This document shows positions 22,475 to 34,031 of a stretch of 64,000 nt of DNA, one piece after another (the stretch's first letter is position 1; each line of letters opens with the position of its first letter). The stretch comes from Cyanidioschyzon merolae (taxonomy: Eukaryota). The notes below the pieces were generated by a model. That model searched no databases and had not been told where the DNA came from. It was given only the letters and a program-made list of their open reading frames with translations. The translations under genes and the position numbers were made by a program. The stretch lies in the NCBI GenBank assembly GCA_000091205.1, contig AP006500.2; one strand, 5' to 3'.

Positions 22475-24006
22475 TACTTGGAGCAAGGCCAACGCGCTCT
22501 CGAGCACACGATCAGGGGTGTCGATTCGCCCTACCTTTCGTGAGAGCAGCGTTCCGTATAAGCCCTGTGCAGAGACAGCGCTCCGGGTCGTTGCGGAGCC
22601 ACCGCGCCACGTTCGAAGCGGGGTGTCTGCTCGCTGCTCAGAAGGCGCAAGTCACTCGACTCCACGGGTACGCACTCCAGGTCTGCCCAGTGGTCGGACA
22701 ATTTGAGGTGCTCGACCCGAGCACCCCTATGAACTGCACGAAAGACGTGCAACTCCCTGCTATACTTGTTCTGAGCACCTTTTCTGTTGCAGAGCTTCGC
22801 ACGACTGGCGTCGGGGCTTTCGGAGCCAGCCGCAACGCTACCGGTGCCCGAGCCAGCGGCAATAGCGACGACGCTCTAGCGCAGGTTGCGCTCGTGCGCT
22901 TCCGAACAACTCCTGCATTTGCATTGGGTCACTGCTGAGGCGGTTCGGACGAGTGATATATCTGGGGACGGAAAGCTGCAACCATTCTTGTGACAGCCAG
23001 CACAGCGATAGTTTCGTCATGGGTATTGCGAGAGAGAGAACACGGGCGATTGACCTGGTGTGATGAAGAGTCTGCCGGTTTAGAGCCGTTTCTGTCTCCT
23101 GGTACCAGCGGACTGATCAACTCGAGAACACGCCGCATAGCAAGCAACGATAATTTCTGGTAGATCCCTCCATAGCGAGCGCATCGCTACCCGAACCTGC
23201 ACATTGGCTCGATGAGCACGCTGCACCGCGAGCGCTTGTATTGCCCAGCGGGTCGCACAAAGCACGCGAACATGTGCGGACAGCAACATGGAGACGCGCA
23301 CCTGCATGATTCTTGCGTGCCGCTGGTTACTCTGGCGACCTTGGATAATAGCAGCGAACCTCGGATGCGTATCCAGAGGGCATTTTTGGAACGCAAGGCT
23401 CGCAATGCGCATCACGCTTGTACGAGCATCTGCATTTATTTTGGGCAAGGCGCTCATCCTTCGGAATGCATCCTCAGCGTGCATCAGTGGGATCGCATGA
23501 GTACTTTTCACGGGTCTCTGGATGGCGTTTGAAAAGCCTGCTCCGTGGAACACGTTGTGGTCGACCCGCCGCTCTTGCGACGCCTACTGCGATGCGGCTC
23601 CAGCTGCAAGAGTGCAGCGCCGTGTGCATGTAGCGCATACCTGCAGGCTTTTCCGCGCACGAAGCCCACAGCGCTCGGCTCGCAGAGGCATGCTCACAAA
23701 TGCGATACAGCTAGCAGATATATCACATCTTCCGCTGAACGGAAACGCGTCAGCTAATGCCACGTGCCGAGTCAGGAAAACGCAGCGTGCGCTCAGACCC
23801 GTCTGTCTTTCAGGGCAGACTCGACACCTGGTAGAACCCACGACCTGATCGTTTGCTCTATGGCGACCTAGTCCTGGTCGCGGATAGACCCTGGAAGTAT
23901 GTTGCGGAATGATGGATGCTCTAACAGGTGCACCGAACAACCACCTGATGGGGGATGGCTCATTCGGGCGAAAAACCCATCGATCATAGAAGAAATTGCA
24001 GGCTAG

Positions 24007-24466
24007 ATGCCATTCTTTGCGGATGTTCGCAGCAGACTCGGCACACGATGCAACGCGCGAAACGACCAGAACATCGGAGAGGCAGCATGGGTCATGAGAC
24101 CTGAACATAAACCACAGAATAATGCCATTCTTTGCGGATGTTCGCAGCAGACTCGGCACACGATGCAACGCGCGAAACGACCAGAACATCGGAGAGGCAG
24201 CATGGGTCATGAGACCTGAACATAAACCACAGAATAATGCCATTCTTTGCGGATGTTCGCAGCAGACTCGGCACACGATGCAACGCGCGAAACGACCAGA
24301 ACATCGGAGAGGCAGCATGGGTCATGAGACCTGAACATAAACCACAGAATAATGCCATTCTTTGCGGATGTTCGCAGCAGACTCGGCACACGATGCAACG
24401 CGCGAAACGACCAGAACATCGGAGAGGCAGCATGGGTCATGAGACCTGAACATAAACTACAGAATA
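24007..24466. repeat. Minisatellite, 115-bp unit, 4 tandem copies
   Basis: Identical 70-aa ORFs start at 24007, 24122, 24237 and 24352 (period 115). The unit is atgccattctttgcggatgttcgcagcagactcggcacacgatgcaacgcgcgaaacgaccagaacatcggagaggcagcatgggtcatgagacctgaacataaaccacagaataa. Confidence 0.9.
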
Positions 24467-24714
24467 ATGGATGCTTTCCAGAACACCAAAATGCATCGCC
24501 TAATCTGGTATCCTTCGTCCTTGTAAATGTTCCGTTGAACAATTGAGCACACGTCATCCGTTCGTTGCCCGCGGAGGCGCCTCTCTCAAGGGCGGTGTGC
24601 GATCGCGAGGGCGTCACGCACGGCGCGGCTGCATGCGTGCGTTGCGTGCGCGCGCTCAGCCGAGTCTCTTGGGCAAGCGCTTGCCTAGCTGCCTGTTTGC
24701 GTCAAAGTAGGCTG

Positions 24715-25621
24715 ATGTACAGTCTAACGAAGCTCAGTCGGCAACTCTGGAAGTTGGAGAGAACTAGTGTGCGTTCCTTTTTCGTGGAACGGGCGTTTAC
24801 CCTGGGAACCCGAAGTACACGGGGTCGGTTGAGCACCAGTGCGTCGGTCTCGAGCAGTGCGCAACCAGCCACAGCAGCCGCAACGGCTCCGGAACCTCCC
24901 AAGCCACCGCCGAAACCAGACCACGTGCGTCTGAAGATTGATGGAAGAGAGGTGGAGGTTCCTCGGGCGAGCACAGTGATTCAAGCGTGTCAAGCTGCTG
25001 GCGTGAACATCCCTCACTTTTGCTACCACGAGCGGCTGTCTGTGGCTGGCAACTGCCGCATGTGCTTGGTTGAGGTTGAAAAGATGCCCAAGCTTGCAAT
25101 CAGTTGTGCGCTGCCCGTCATGGATGGCATGAGCATCATAACAGACTCGCCGCGGGTGAAGAAAAGCCGTGAGGCTGTGCTTGAGTTTTTGCTCAAGTCG
25201 CACCCGCTGGACTGTCCAATATGCGGTAAGTTTTCAGCACCGTCGAACTTTCAACTCAAGAAAAGAGCAAAATACTAACCGTTTCGACTTTATAGACCAA
25301 GGTGGCGAATGTCAACTACAAGAGCTAAGTATGGTGTTTGGTTCCGATCGAGGACGCTACTACGAGTACAAGCGCACCGTCGACGACAAGTACTGGGGCC
25401 CGCTCATCAAAACCGTCATGACGAGATGCATCCACTGTACGCGCTGCGTTCGTTTTGCCGAGGAGGTCGCAGGTGTTGCGGATATCGGCACCGCCGGACG
25501 TGGCGAATCGACCGAGATCACCATGTATTTGCCGGAAAAGTTCTTCCAATCGGAGCTCAGTGGCAACGTGATCGATTTATGTCCAGTTGGAGCACTTACT
25601 CGAAAGCGTTATGAGCATTGA
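24715..25621 (+). CDS. NADH:ubiquinone oxidoreductase 75-kDa subunit (NuoG/NDUFS1/Nad11) N-terminal Fe-S domain only. It has two exons (24715-25225 and 25296-25621) and a mitochondrial-type presequence.
   Basis: [62 protein letters not shown] (N1b 2Fe-2S), HPLDCPIC|DQGGECQLQ (the His/Cys cluster, split by the intron) and [10 protein letters not shown]...DLCPVGALT (N4) are all intact. Exon 1 ends ...ccaatatgcg, followed by gtaagt; the intron contains tactaac and ends tttatag. The codon g|ac restores D in ..CPICDQGGEC... Translation stops at ...[10 protein letters not shown]. Confidence 0.8.
25226..25295 (+). other. Spliceosomal intron (70 nt) of the NuoG-N-terminal-domain gene
   Basis: 5' GTAAGT, branch-point TACTAAC 17 nt upstream of the 3' TAG. 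Removal restores the conserved CPICDQGGEC motif in frame. Confidence 0.85.
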
Positions 25622-26333
25622 AAACGAATTTGGGCAAGACTTTTCAAAAATTGATGACGAACTCTATGCACTGATGAATGGAATATTCCGTTATCCCTGT
25701 CCGAGAGTGAAGATGAAACTCATTGCGGATACCTGATGGACTACCTGAGCACGGAGTTTGTATCTATACAGTATTTCATGACGTCCTATGATGAAGCGGA
25801 CCCAGACAAGTCCACTGAGATGCTTGGCTCTGCATGGAAGTCGCTGGTGAAAGCTCGATACGTGCCGCGATTCTCAAGTGCCGGCCGAAGATCAAGTCCA
25901 TGGTTTCATGCGCGCGTACGTGAATTCTCGGGTGTGTATGGAAGAATGCGGGTATGCATCGGCTACCGAATGCTCTGTGGCGCTTGCATTCGCGGCACTG
26001 TATCGTACACATCGTGATGTTGGTTAACAGCAACAACAACTCGCCCGAGAAATGACACTCCCTGAGACCCGGCTACCTGCGACTGCACATGGCGATGCGG
26101 TAACCAGTCAGCAGTGGAAATGGCAACCTCGAACATAAGAAAATTCGCAGTTTTCTTCCTATACTCCTGTCGAAGAACAAGCAGTGCGTGACTTCACAAG
26201 CTCGCAGCGCGCTGTGGTCAAGTCGCATACAGAACCCGACGCCGTGACACGCGGGCGGGCGATGGTCTCTGGTCGACCTCCAAAACATACCATCGCTCGA
26301 TAAAATTTTTTGGTTACTGCAAGAGACTCAGTG

Positions 26334-27179
26334 TCAGCTGGTCAACGTGGAGATTGGCCGATGTTTCGGACCATCCATCAGACCCAGCGGCTGCGAGACC
26401 GTCGATCCGTTTGGATTGACACTAGTCGCCCAAGTCGGGTGCAGTGCAAGCGGCCCGTCGGTGCCCGGAGCGCCCCGCGGTTCGCCCACCAGCGCAGGAC
26501 CTGGAGGCACCCACTTGCCGTTCTCCATTGCGGTCCACAGGGCAGATGCGTCACAAGGATACGCCAGTTGCGGGCTCGGTGTCACCGCCCTGGATCTCGG
26601 TGAAAGCGCACCAGTGGTTACTGTATCGCGAACAGTATCGACGTCATACTGAATCGCGACAAGAATGCGCCCAGCGAAGCGCCCGGCCCGTGCTCGACCT
26701 TTCTTCAGCGGATAGTGGAATGAATACCAAAGTTCACTCCGCCCGGAAGTGTCAAACTTTATCCGCGATAGCGGAATACGTACGCGACTAACGACTTCGG
26801 ACGTTTCCGTACAGCAGAATCCATGGCGCATTTCGCAAATATCGCAGACGATAACAAAATCAGGAAGCGTAAACGCGTTACATTGGCCGCTTTCGAGACA
26901 AAAGCGCTGCGGTCCACGACTCTTACGCCTGAACGTAACAACGTTTGTGGCGAACTCCGTTTCTTCGTTCATACGAAGCTGGAAGCTTGTATCTAGCCAC
27001 ACACGGACAAAGAGCCGACGGGGAAACATCCCGACTTCAACGTCACGAATCTCACGCACCGTGACGGACACGCTCGAACGCATACCATTTGGCGTGTAAA
27101 TCGTCTGTGCGAGCGACGGCGTCTCTCTGGAAAACTGCATCAGTTTTTCAAAACAATAGAATTGTCGTGACCTGTACAC
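26334..27179 (-). CDS. Hypothetical protein (possible C2-like beta-sandwich; weak)
   Basis: A 281-aa ORF with only loose resemblance to C2-domain spacing (..RRLFVRVWLD...ELWYSFHYP...GRILVAIQY). Start not verified. It could be partly spurious in this GC-rich DNA. Confidence 0.25.
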   Translation of the reverse strand: MYRSRQFYCFEKLMQFSRETPSLAQTIYTPNGMRSSVSVTVREIRDVEVGMFPRRLFVRVWLDTSFQLRMNEETEFATNVVTFRRKSRGPQRFCLESGQCNAFTLPDFVIVCDICEMRHGFCCTETSEVVSRVRIPLSRIKFDTSGRSELWYSFHYPLKKGRARAGRFAGRILVAIQYDVDTVRDTVTTGALSPRSRAVTPSPQLAYPCDASALWTAMENGKWVPPGPALVGEPRGAPGTDGPLALHPTWATSVNPNGSTVSQPLGLMDGPKHRPISTLTS

Positions 27180-29238
27180 TACAAAAGTGCGTCCCTAGAA
27201 GTTATCTATTGCAGTTCAGCGCTGTTCTTCACCTGGTGTAGCGCAGAACCTCGGCACTGGAGAAGCCGGGAACAGCGTCGATAGGTTGCATGTGCGCGCG
27301 TCATTTCCAGGGCTGCTGTCGGGTGGCCCGCGCACGTGCGGCGATGCCAAATGGACACGACTGCGCGAGATTGAAACGGCAGGCGATGAGACGCCCTGGG
27401 GCTCGTCGCTTCCAGCACCTGGAACAGGATCCAGCGATTGCGCGACTCGAAAGGCCTTTCTGGTACCGAATGCGATTCCGTATGTGTTGACGGGTGGCAA
27501 GGATGCTGGATCCAGCTAGTGTATGCTGGAAAATGTCTAGTGGGTTTCAGTGGAATCGCTGAACACCTAGCTTACTGCGCAGTGGTACACTCGCGCACTG
27601 ATACGAGGCAGTGTGCGGAATCCGCCGGGGATGAAGGACTGCTATGAAAGAGGAATACGGTTCGCTCCGACGCTGATTCGAGGCAGTGCACAGAGTCCAC
27701 TGAATATTCGGAACAGCGGTGCTGGAGGAGCGTTGTTTAGCTGGCTGCTGATGCGAGGCAGCATGTGGAATGCGCGGCGGATCTGGGGCATGTGACGGAA
27801 TCGTGTACTGCATACTGCGTCGACCGGGACTGGGAAAATATCAGAGAAACCCATCCATGGTAAGTTCTGCGATCAACAGGAATGCGTCGTGCACCATATT
27901 CAGCTTCCCAACAAAGGCAGCAGGGAAGTCGATAAAGCTGGGATCCACTGCCAGTGCTTGGAGGCACGTAGCGGCGCATTGCCGCCGATGCACCAGTGCA
28001 AAGCGTTCCTGTCAAACACGATTTGTCCGTGGCAAGACACAACTCAAAGAGCGTCGAGCTTGAGTTTCGGATCGATCGGTCGTTGTTCAAACGATGAGGA
28101 ATCGAGCGCTTTGAACCCGGGGGACAGGGACCCACGAAAGCATCGCACAGGGCCGGCGGTCGACGACAATCGCCTCGAGCGTGAGATTCCGCTTTGGATG
28201 CGAGCGCCCTCGGGTCGAGGTCAACTATATTTGCATTTTCGAGGATCGTCGAATCTTGGCAGCGATCCCGAAGAGCGCATTGGTTATCGGCACCAGAGGA
28301 GGTGCCCATCATTTCGGAACGCACACCCAAGCTCCGCAGTCCACCATCCAGACCTTCCTTGGTGAATCACGGTTCGAGTAGACGATCCCCAGTATGGACG
28401 CCGTAACGAGGCGGGACTGCTTTGCTACGACCTTGAAGGTGTCAGCTCGAGACTTTTTGAAGGGAATTCCATTCAGAAAGCACACATGTCCATAGTTAGA
28501 CAGGGTTCAAGGCCATGTCCGATCCGCAGACCCCTCAACTTGGCCAGTTCTATACAGTATCGTGCGCTGCGGTATGCATGGAGTGGCGCTCTCCGTACCC
28601 AGCTGCGTTGATACAGGATATCATACCACCACCACCACCACCACAAACAAAGACAAGTACGGACGAGACTTGCCTGCCGCTGAGATCGCAAAAGGCCCGG
28701 CACTGCGTATATCGCGCCACAATACCCGTTGCCAAATGCCGATCCCACAGCAATCTCAGTTGGGCCAAGACGTTGCAAAAGCAGAGGGCAGCACACGATT
28801 GATCGACTCGGAAAGCCTGCATTGTTGTTCGGAGCCCAGGTGATGCCCCCGCAGAAGCGGTGCGTGCTCCTGCAAACCCAGCTTGCAGATGCTGCTTCAA
28901 GCCTTGATACCGCCGTTCGTATGCGTTGCGCTTGCATCAAGCTCGAGACCCTTGTCCACGACGCGGATTCGGATTCAAGAGAGGACTCGATAAAATGCGT
29001 GCGCCTGGCATTGCCAACGACGAAAGCATTCCGGGGAACGACGCAAGCTAGAAACGCAGCGTTCGAGTCTATGCGAGCAGCTTGCATCACTGATGTCGCG
29101 ATACCATTGCGTTCACATCAGACTATACCGAGGCCATTGATTCAATAGGCGCTAGCTCCCCGAGCCCAGAAATGATGTCGCTTGGCACTGATTGCCGTTC
29201 GGAGCATCGACTCAGTCGCACTTCTGCAACGCCACCGT

Positions 29239-31302
29239 TCAGATGCTTTTCTGGAGTCGCGGCTTGTTATAGAGCAGGAACACAAAGGCAATTGCACGAT
29301 ACGCTACATCAAGCATGATTAGAAAACCGATGTTTCCGCCGATACCAAATGAATTGATGTTGTACGTGACCAGTGGATTATTGGTATTCGAACGCGGAAT
29401 GTACCCGAATTCATTGTCCATGACAGCCGCGAATCCATAGTAGATAAACGACACAAAGCGAAGCCATCGCAACCACACGGGAATCACATCAGGGCCGATA
29501 AAGAAGCCGCCGAAAAGCAGCGACAGCACGATCAGTACCGGAGCGATTGCCGCTGCTGTTTGCGGGCTACTCGCTGAGGCGCTAGCCATAAGGGTCAGTG
29601 ATTCCGCGGTATGGGCCGTCAACAGCACAAGCACCACGAAGATGAAAAAAGAGGACGGATGCGGTTGCAAGCCTACCATCCAGTACGTGATGCAAGCGAA
29701 GAGAATAGCGAGCACCACCAATCGGGGAAGCTCGGCGACGCTCTTGGCGAGGAAGTAAGCACTTACGCGATAGAAACGCGATAAGCGCTCTCGCAAGACA
29801 ATACCCCGCTCAAGCGGGAACAAGAAAACAACGCCGAAAGACGCACCGAAAGCCTGATTGATAAGCAGGAAGAAAAGAACGCCGGGTACAGCGTTCAAGT
29901 CAGAGGAATTGCGTCCAGTGTTCAACCAGATCAAACCCAAAACGACTGAAAAGATGATCGTCTGAAAGAAGCGCGCAAAGTTCGTGCCCTTTTCGCGCAC
30001 CATGAGTTTGAAGGAGCGCTTCACCAGGAGCCCAAACTGTACCGGCCACGGTTCAGCGTAGTTCGGTTCGCCTTGGGACGAGAAGAGCGACACGCCCTTA
30101 CGCGTTACTTTGGTATGCAGGTCACCGATGGCGCCCAACGGATCATCCAGCGGCAGCGAGGCCTCCGACTTGTGTTCGAGAAAGCGATTGGCTAGGTAAC
30201 TGATTCGTGCCCGTGTCTGCTTCTCCAGTGTCTTGGAGCGCGCATTCAGAGAGATCAAATCCAGTGCAAAATCCGCTGGGTTAAAGTAGGCCGGACATGG
30301 ATACTTGAGCGCCGCGAAATACGGCACCATATCTTTCGCCGGACCAAAGTAGATTTGATGACCCTCGCTTAGCAGCAACAGGTAATCAAACATCTGGAAA
30401 ATCTGCGAACGTGGTTGATGAATGGTTGCAATGATCGTACGCCCGCGTCTCGCTAGCCGCAACATCGTGAGCATCACCGCCTGTGCCTGGAACGAGTCCA
30501 GGCCGGTGGTCGGCTCATCCAGGAGCAGTAGTGGCGGGTTCGTCACCAATTCTATACCGATGTTCACGCGCTTGCGTTCACCGCCACTGACACCTCGCTG
30601 TACAGCGTTCCCGATTAAAGTATTGGTGGCGTTTGCAAGGCCCAGCTCCGTGATCACCTGCTCCACGCGCCGCATCTTCTTCTCGATGGGCATCGAGGCG
30701 GGCAAACGACACTGCGCACTAAACTCGATCTGTTCACGTACGGTGAGGTCAGCAAACACGCGAGCGTCCTGCTCGACAAATCCCGTGTACCGGCGGAACA
30801 TGTTGACGTCGCGTTCGTGCCCGTTGATACGTAGCTCACCGCTAATTTCGTACTCACCAACAGGAATTCGACCTCCAAGCATCGACAAGAGGGCAGTCTT
30901 ACCCGCGCCACTACCCCCCATAATGGCGAGCACTTGACCCGGCCGCGCGTAACCAGTTATGCCTTTGAGAATGGGCTTTACCACAGTCTCCTTCGAGCGT
31001 TTAAACGGGCCACCTGTTTTGAGTCGTACCGACAAGCACAAGTCGTGCCAGTTCATCGAGAAGGTATGCTGCTGAATAAGCGAAACCTCGACGCTTTTTG
31101 ATTCCATTCTTTGTCCTTCAAAGAAGGAGCCTTGGCCTGCATCCGTGCTAAACTCGGCGAACTCATCGTCTACATGGGACTTGAGCGGGTCAAAGGGTAC
31201 GTAGCTATCTCTGTTGCCGGTAGCGTTTATCTCCTCATTCCGGTGCGCGGCAGTTGCGCCTGCTTCCTCGTCTCCAGTACCGTTTTCGTACACATCACCC
31301 AT
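29239..31302 (-). CDS. ABC transporter, G-subfamily half-transporter (NBD-TMD, white/ABCG type)
   Basis: Walker A GGSGAGKTALLSMLGGR, ABC signature VSGGERKRVNIGIELV, Walker B LLLLDEPTTGLDS, and a C-terminal 6-TM domain. ATG verified at 31302. Single exon. Confidence 0.9.
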   Translation of the reverse strand: MGDVYENGTGDEEAGATAAHRNEEINATGNRDSYVPFDPLKSHVDDEFAEFSTDAGQGSFFEGQRMESKSVEVSLIQQHTFSMNWHDLCLSVRLKTGGPFKRSKETVVKPILKGITGYARPGQVLAIMGGSGAGKTALLSMLGGRIPVGEYEISGELRINGHERDVNMFRRYTGFVEQDARVFADLTVREQIEFSAQCRLPASMPIEKKMRRVEQVITELGLANATNTLIGNAVQRGVSGGERKRVNIGIELVTNPPLLLLDEPTTGLDSFQAQAVMLTMLRLARRGRTIIATIHQPRSQIFQMFDYLLLLSEGHQIYFGPAKDMVPYFAALKYPCPAYFNPADFALDLISLNARSKTLEKQTRARISYLANRFLEHKSEASLPLDDPLGAIGDLHTKVTRKGVSLFSSQGEPNYAEPWPVQFGLLVKRSFKLMVREKGTNFARFFQTIIFSVVLGLIWLNTGRNSSDLNAVPGVLFFLLINQAFGASFGVVFLFPLERGIVLRERLSRFYRVSAYFLAKSVAELPRLVVLAILFACITYWMVGLQPHPSSFFIFVVLVLLTAHTAESLTLMASASASSPQTAAAIAPVLIVLSLLFGGFFIGPDVIPVWLRWLRFVSFIYYGFAAVMDNEFGYIPRSNTNNPLVTYNINSFGIGGNIGFLIMLDVAYRAIAFVFLLYNKPRLQKSI

Positions 31303-31607
31303 TGTTTCATTCTTTTAGGCTGACAGCACAGTTACCGTTCAAGAGCAGTGTCTTGTAGTAACTGGGGCACAGAGCATGTGTACGGCTCAAAGGCACCCCG
31401 CGTGGCCGTGTAGAAGGAATGAATCTCACGAAGATGGACGCGTGACGTCCGGCGCGCCAATCGCAGATACGCATGCGAGGCACTCTTTGTCCAGTTTACT
31501 GGCTTCGAGAAGCGGTGCGCATCACGGGGGCACCTGCCAGATTCCCATCCGTCTTTGAACTCAATTGTGTTTCACTATTAGGAGCGTGTCACCAAATGCT
31601 ATTCGCT

Positions 31608-31671
31608 GGTCAATAGCAAACACGTTCGAAGTGCGTTCATTTGAAGAAATAAAAAAAATTCAAGGGAAAGG
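31608..31671 (-). promoter_or_regulatory. Conserved upstream element, copy A (306-369 bp upstream of the ABCG start codon)
   Basis: The reverse complement reads cctttcccttgaattttttttatttcttcaaatgaacgcacttcgaacgtgtttgctattgacc. It is about 85% identical to 56975-57037, including an identical 26-mer atttcttcaaatgaacgcacttcga. Confidence 0.5.
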
Positions 31672-33338
31672 TACGAACATGGACGTCCGGAATCCTGAAG
31701 GGCTGTCATCGTCGGGTACCGGAAAACACGAAAGAATATCCACTTGGCTCGGACCAACATGCGAAGAAGAGCGAGTAACGAAGAAGTAGGAGAGGGGATA
31801 TGGACGAGAAAAAGTGTTTGCTCGACGGGACGATGATGAGCCTGTAGTGGCACAGGGGGCGCGAATTTCAGGAACCCCTGCACTGATGAGTTCAAGCAGA
31901 GGCAATAAACACATGGAGGTCGGGAACCGAAACTTCAGCGCCGCCATTAATATCAGACGACATGCGGTGCCGAAGACGAGACTCGCAGAGCAGTCTCTCA
32001 GGCTCGAGATGTGCAAGGATGAACTGAAACCGATTGCAATCGGCTGGTCACAAAGGGCTACGATGCGTCTGCGCGCAAGTGTATGTATACCCTCTATGGT
32101 CGTAGAACGCTGATCGTTTCACTGGTATGTACCCGCCCACAATGGAAACGAGAATTGAAGGCACACCTCAAGGCTATTGTAACTACTCCATTGCGAACAA
32201 GGTCATCATATTCGTGTTTGCAATAGTCTCGTTTGTTCGCGTCTACATCGGCAGCATGAAAGAGATCGTCAGAAAGCGCATGCCGTGCATCGACGCTGTC
32301 TTCACTCAGATAACCGCCGTATGGGCGCTTGTCGGAGAAATCCTCTTAACCGTCGCAGTGGCAGCGGGCACTTCTCGCAACAGAAACCGCTGCCGGCTTT
32401 TCCCTGGATTGAATTCGGGTTGCTTTTGTTCGCATGGATGATAACGCTCGGGCGTGTCTGAAGATGCCAGGAGCGGGACACTCGTGAAGAACGATCCCAT
32501 TCCGATACAGCTGGGGCCCCGAAACCACTTCCGAGTCCCTGACGCGTTTCCTTCCGAAGGGGAGCACAGCGAATGGCCGGCAGACCTTGAACGTCCAGTG
32601 CGGAATAGCGGACGCTCTCCCGGATGCTGGCAACAATCGCGCCAGTGAGAGTCGTTGGTTTGTGTAAACGATCCTACACCTTAAAAGAACTGAAGCGTTC
32701 CTCAGCGTTCCAGGTTATGTGGATTCTGGCCAGGCCTCCTCTTTTCATGGAGCAGGTGTCCTGGAAAGAGCGTCCTCCCTCAGAGATGACGCCAGGAGCA
32801 CAGACGCACTGTAGACGAGACCAGCTTCCCAAGTAGTCCTATTTGTGTCTGGTCCCCTGATGCGAAACGCGATACCCATGTCTGGGTTTGATGACATTGT
32901 CCCAGAGCTCCACGGCCGCTCAGCAATTACATATCTCACTGGATGTGTGTCAACGTAGATGCATCGCTCCGGTGGTGACAGGTCTGCAGGAGGCGCACGC
33001 GCGCGCACAGCGGCCGATCTCGCGCACTGACCGAAATAGCCCACCGAATGGGGGAGAGCGCCCGCGCGCTCGCCGCCGCAGCGCGCGCACGGCTGCGTGC
33101 GTGTCCCCGATCAGCCGGCCAGTCGTCCAGAGGATCGCACCAGCGTCCGATTTGGAAGCGGCCGCACACCAAAATTGGCCTCGGATCGATTTAGGCAGTA
33201 GGTCATTCGCGGCCTGTGTCTCTCCGATCATGAAATGAACTAGTTCGGTGTTTTGGCATTTAGCGGGTGTGCTCTGTGCGGCTTTGATTGCGACAGGAAG
33301 CAATTTTGCTTTGGAACCGTAACCGTGAACCGAAAAGA

Positions 33339-34031
33339 ATGCAGCGGTACGTTACAACAATACTCAGCGTTCTTTTGCTGTGTGGGCTGCTTTTCTCTGC
33401 TCCAGGAGCGATCAGAGCGGAGATCGAGTTGAGTCTGGTGGAGCTACCGCTCGATCTTCACCATTCAATGCCGAACTACCCTTCAGGAAACTTTCCGGCG
33501 CCGTCGCCGCTGCTACCGCACCCACCAGTGTATGACGAGAATCGCACCGCAACACTCATGCTGACTGGAGCGCAGGTGCAGAACAGCAACAACGCCGGCC
33601 AGAACGACTTCGGGGTCGGGGGTGAAATTACGTTCAGCTCGGGAATCAAGTATGCAACTGTGTTCCCAAATGAAGCGCCTGGAACGTTCAAGGTTGTGAA
33701 TGCTACAGAACTACTTTCCAACATTTCCTTCGCATACTTTGTGTACTACAAGCATCCACTGGCACAATACGCATCGCTGAATTTCCCAGCAAGCAACCCG
33801 GTAGCGAGCCTCTACCAGCCTAATCAGCGTAGTCCGAACTATACTGCCGGGGCAGTGGTGATCAAACAGTCGAACGTGATGCCGTCTTCGCACGGGTCGA
33901 TCTACGTGAGCTTCAATGTCTATGACCCACAGAACACATCCCGCGTCCCGAACATCCCGAGCAGTCTACTGGACATGGGTGTTCTGAGCATCTTGGATGT
34001 ACCTTGCTCGGGGGCTGGTATCGAGTGCTGA
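33339..34031 (+). CDS. Secreted, N-glycosylation-site-rich protein of unknown function, paralogue 1
   Basis: ATG verified at 33339. It carries a hydrophobic signal peptide (MQRYVTTILSVLLLCGLLFSAPGAIRA), multiple N-x-S/T sites and a C-terminal ..VPCSGAGIEC. It is colinear and about 45% identical with the downstream gene. Confidence 0.6.
   Translation: MQRYVTTILSVLLLCGLLFSAPGAIRAEIELSLVELPLDLHHSMPNYPSGNFPAPSPLLPHPPVYDENRTATLMLTGAQVQNSNNAGQNDFGVGGEITFSSGIKYATVFPNEAPGTFKVVNATELLSNISFAYFVYYKHPLAQYASLNFPASNPVASLYQPNQRSPNYTAGAVVIKQSNVMPSSHGSIYVSFNVYDPQNTSRVPNIPSSLLDMGVLSILDVPCSGAGIEC

Noticed and set aside
24003-24470. Possibility that the 115-bp tandem array, or the 60-bp array at 9795-9945, is a CRISPR array
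   Set aside because: The units are directly abutting, identical repeats with no unique spacers. The context is eukaryotic, marked by an intron and by proteasome and RPL8 genes. These are minisatellites.
25622-26300. Search for a continuation of NuoG (RPWE..., molybdopterin-like domain) downstream of the stop at 25621
   Set aside because: All three forward frames were translated by eye and no NuoG-like peptides were found. The region is AT-richer and UTR-like. The gene is therefore reported as ending at 25621 rather than as a longer multi-exon gene.
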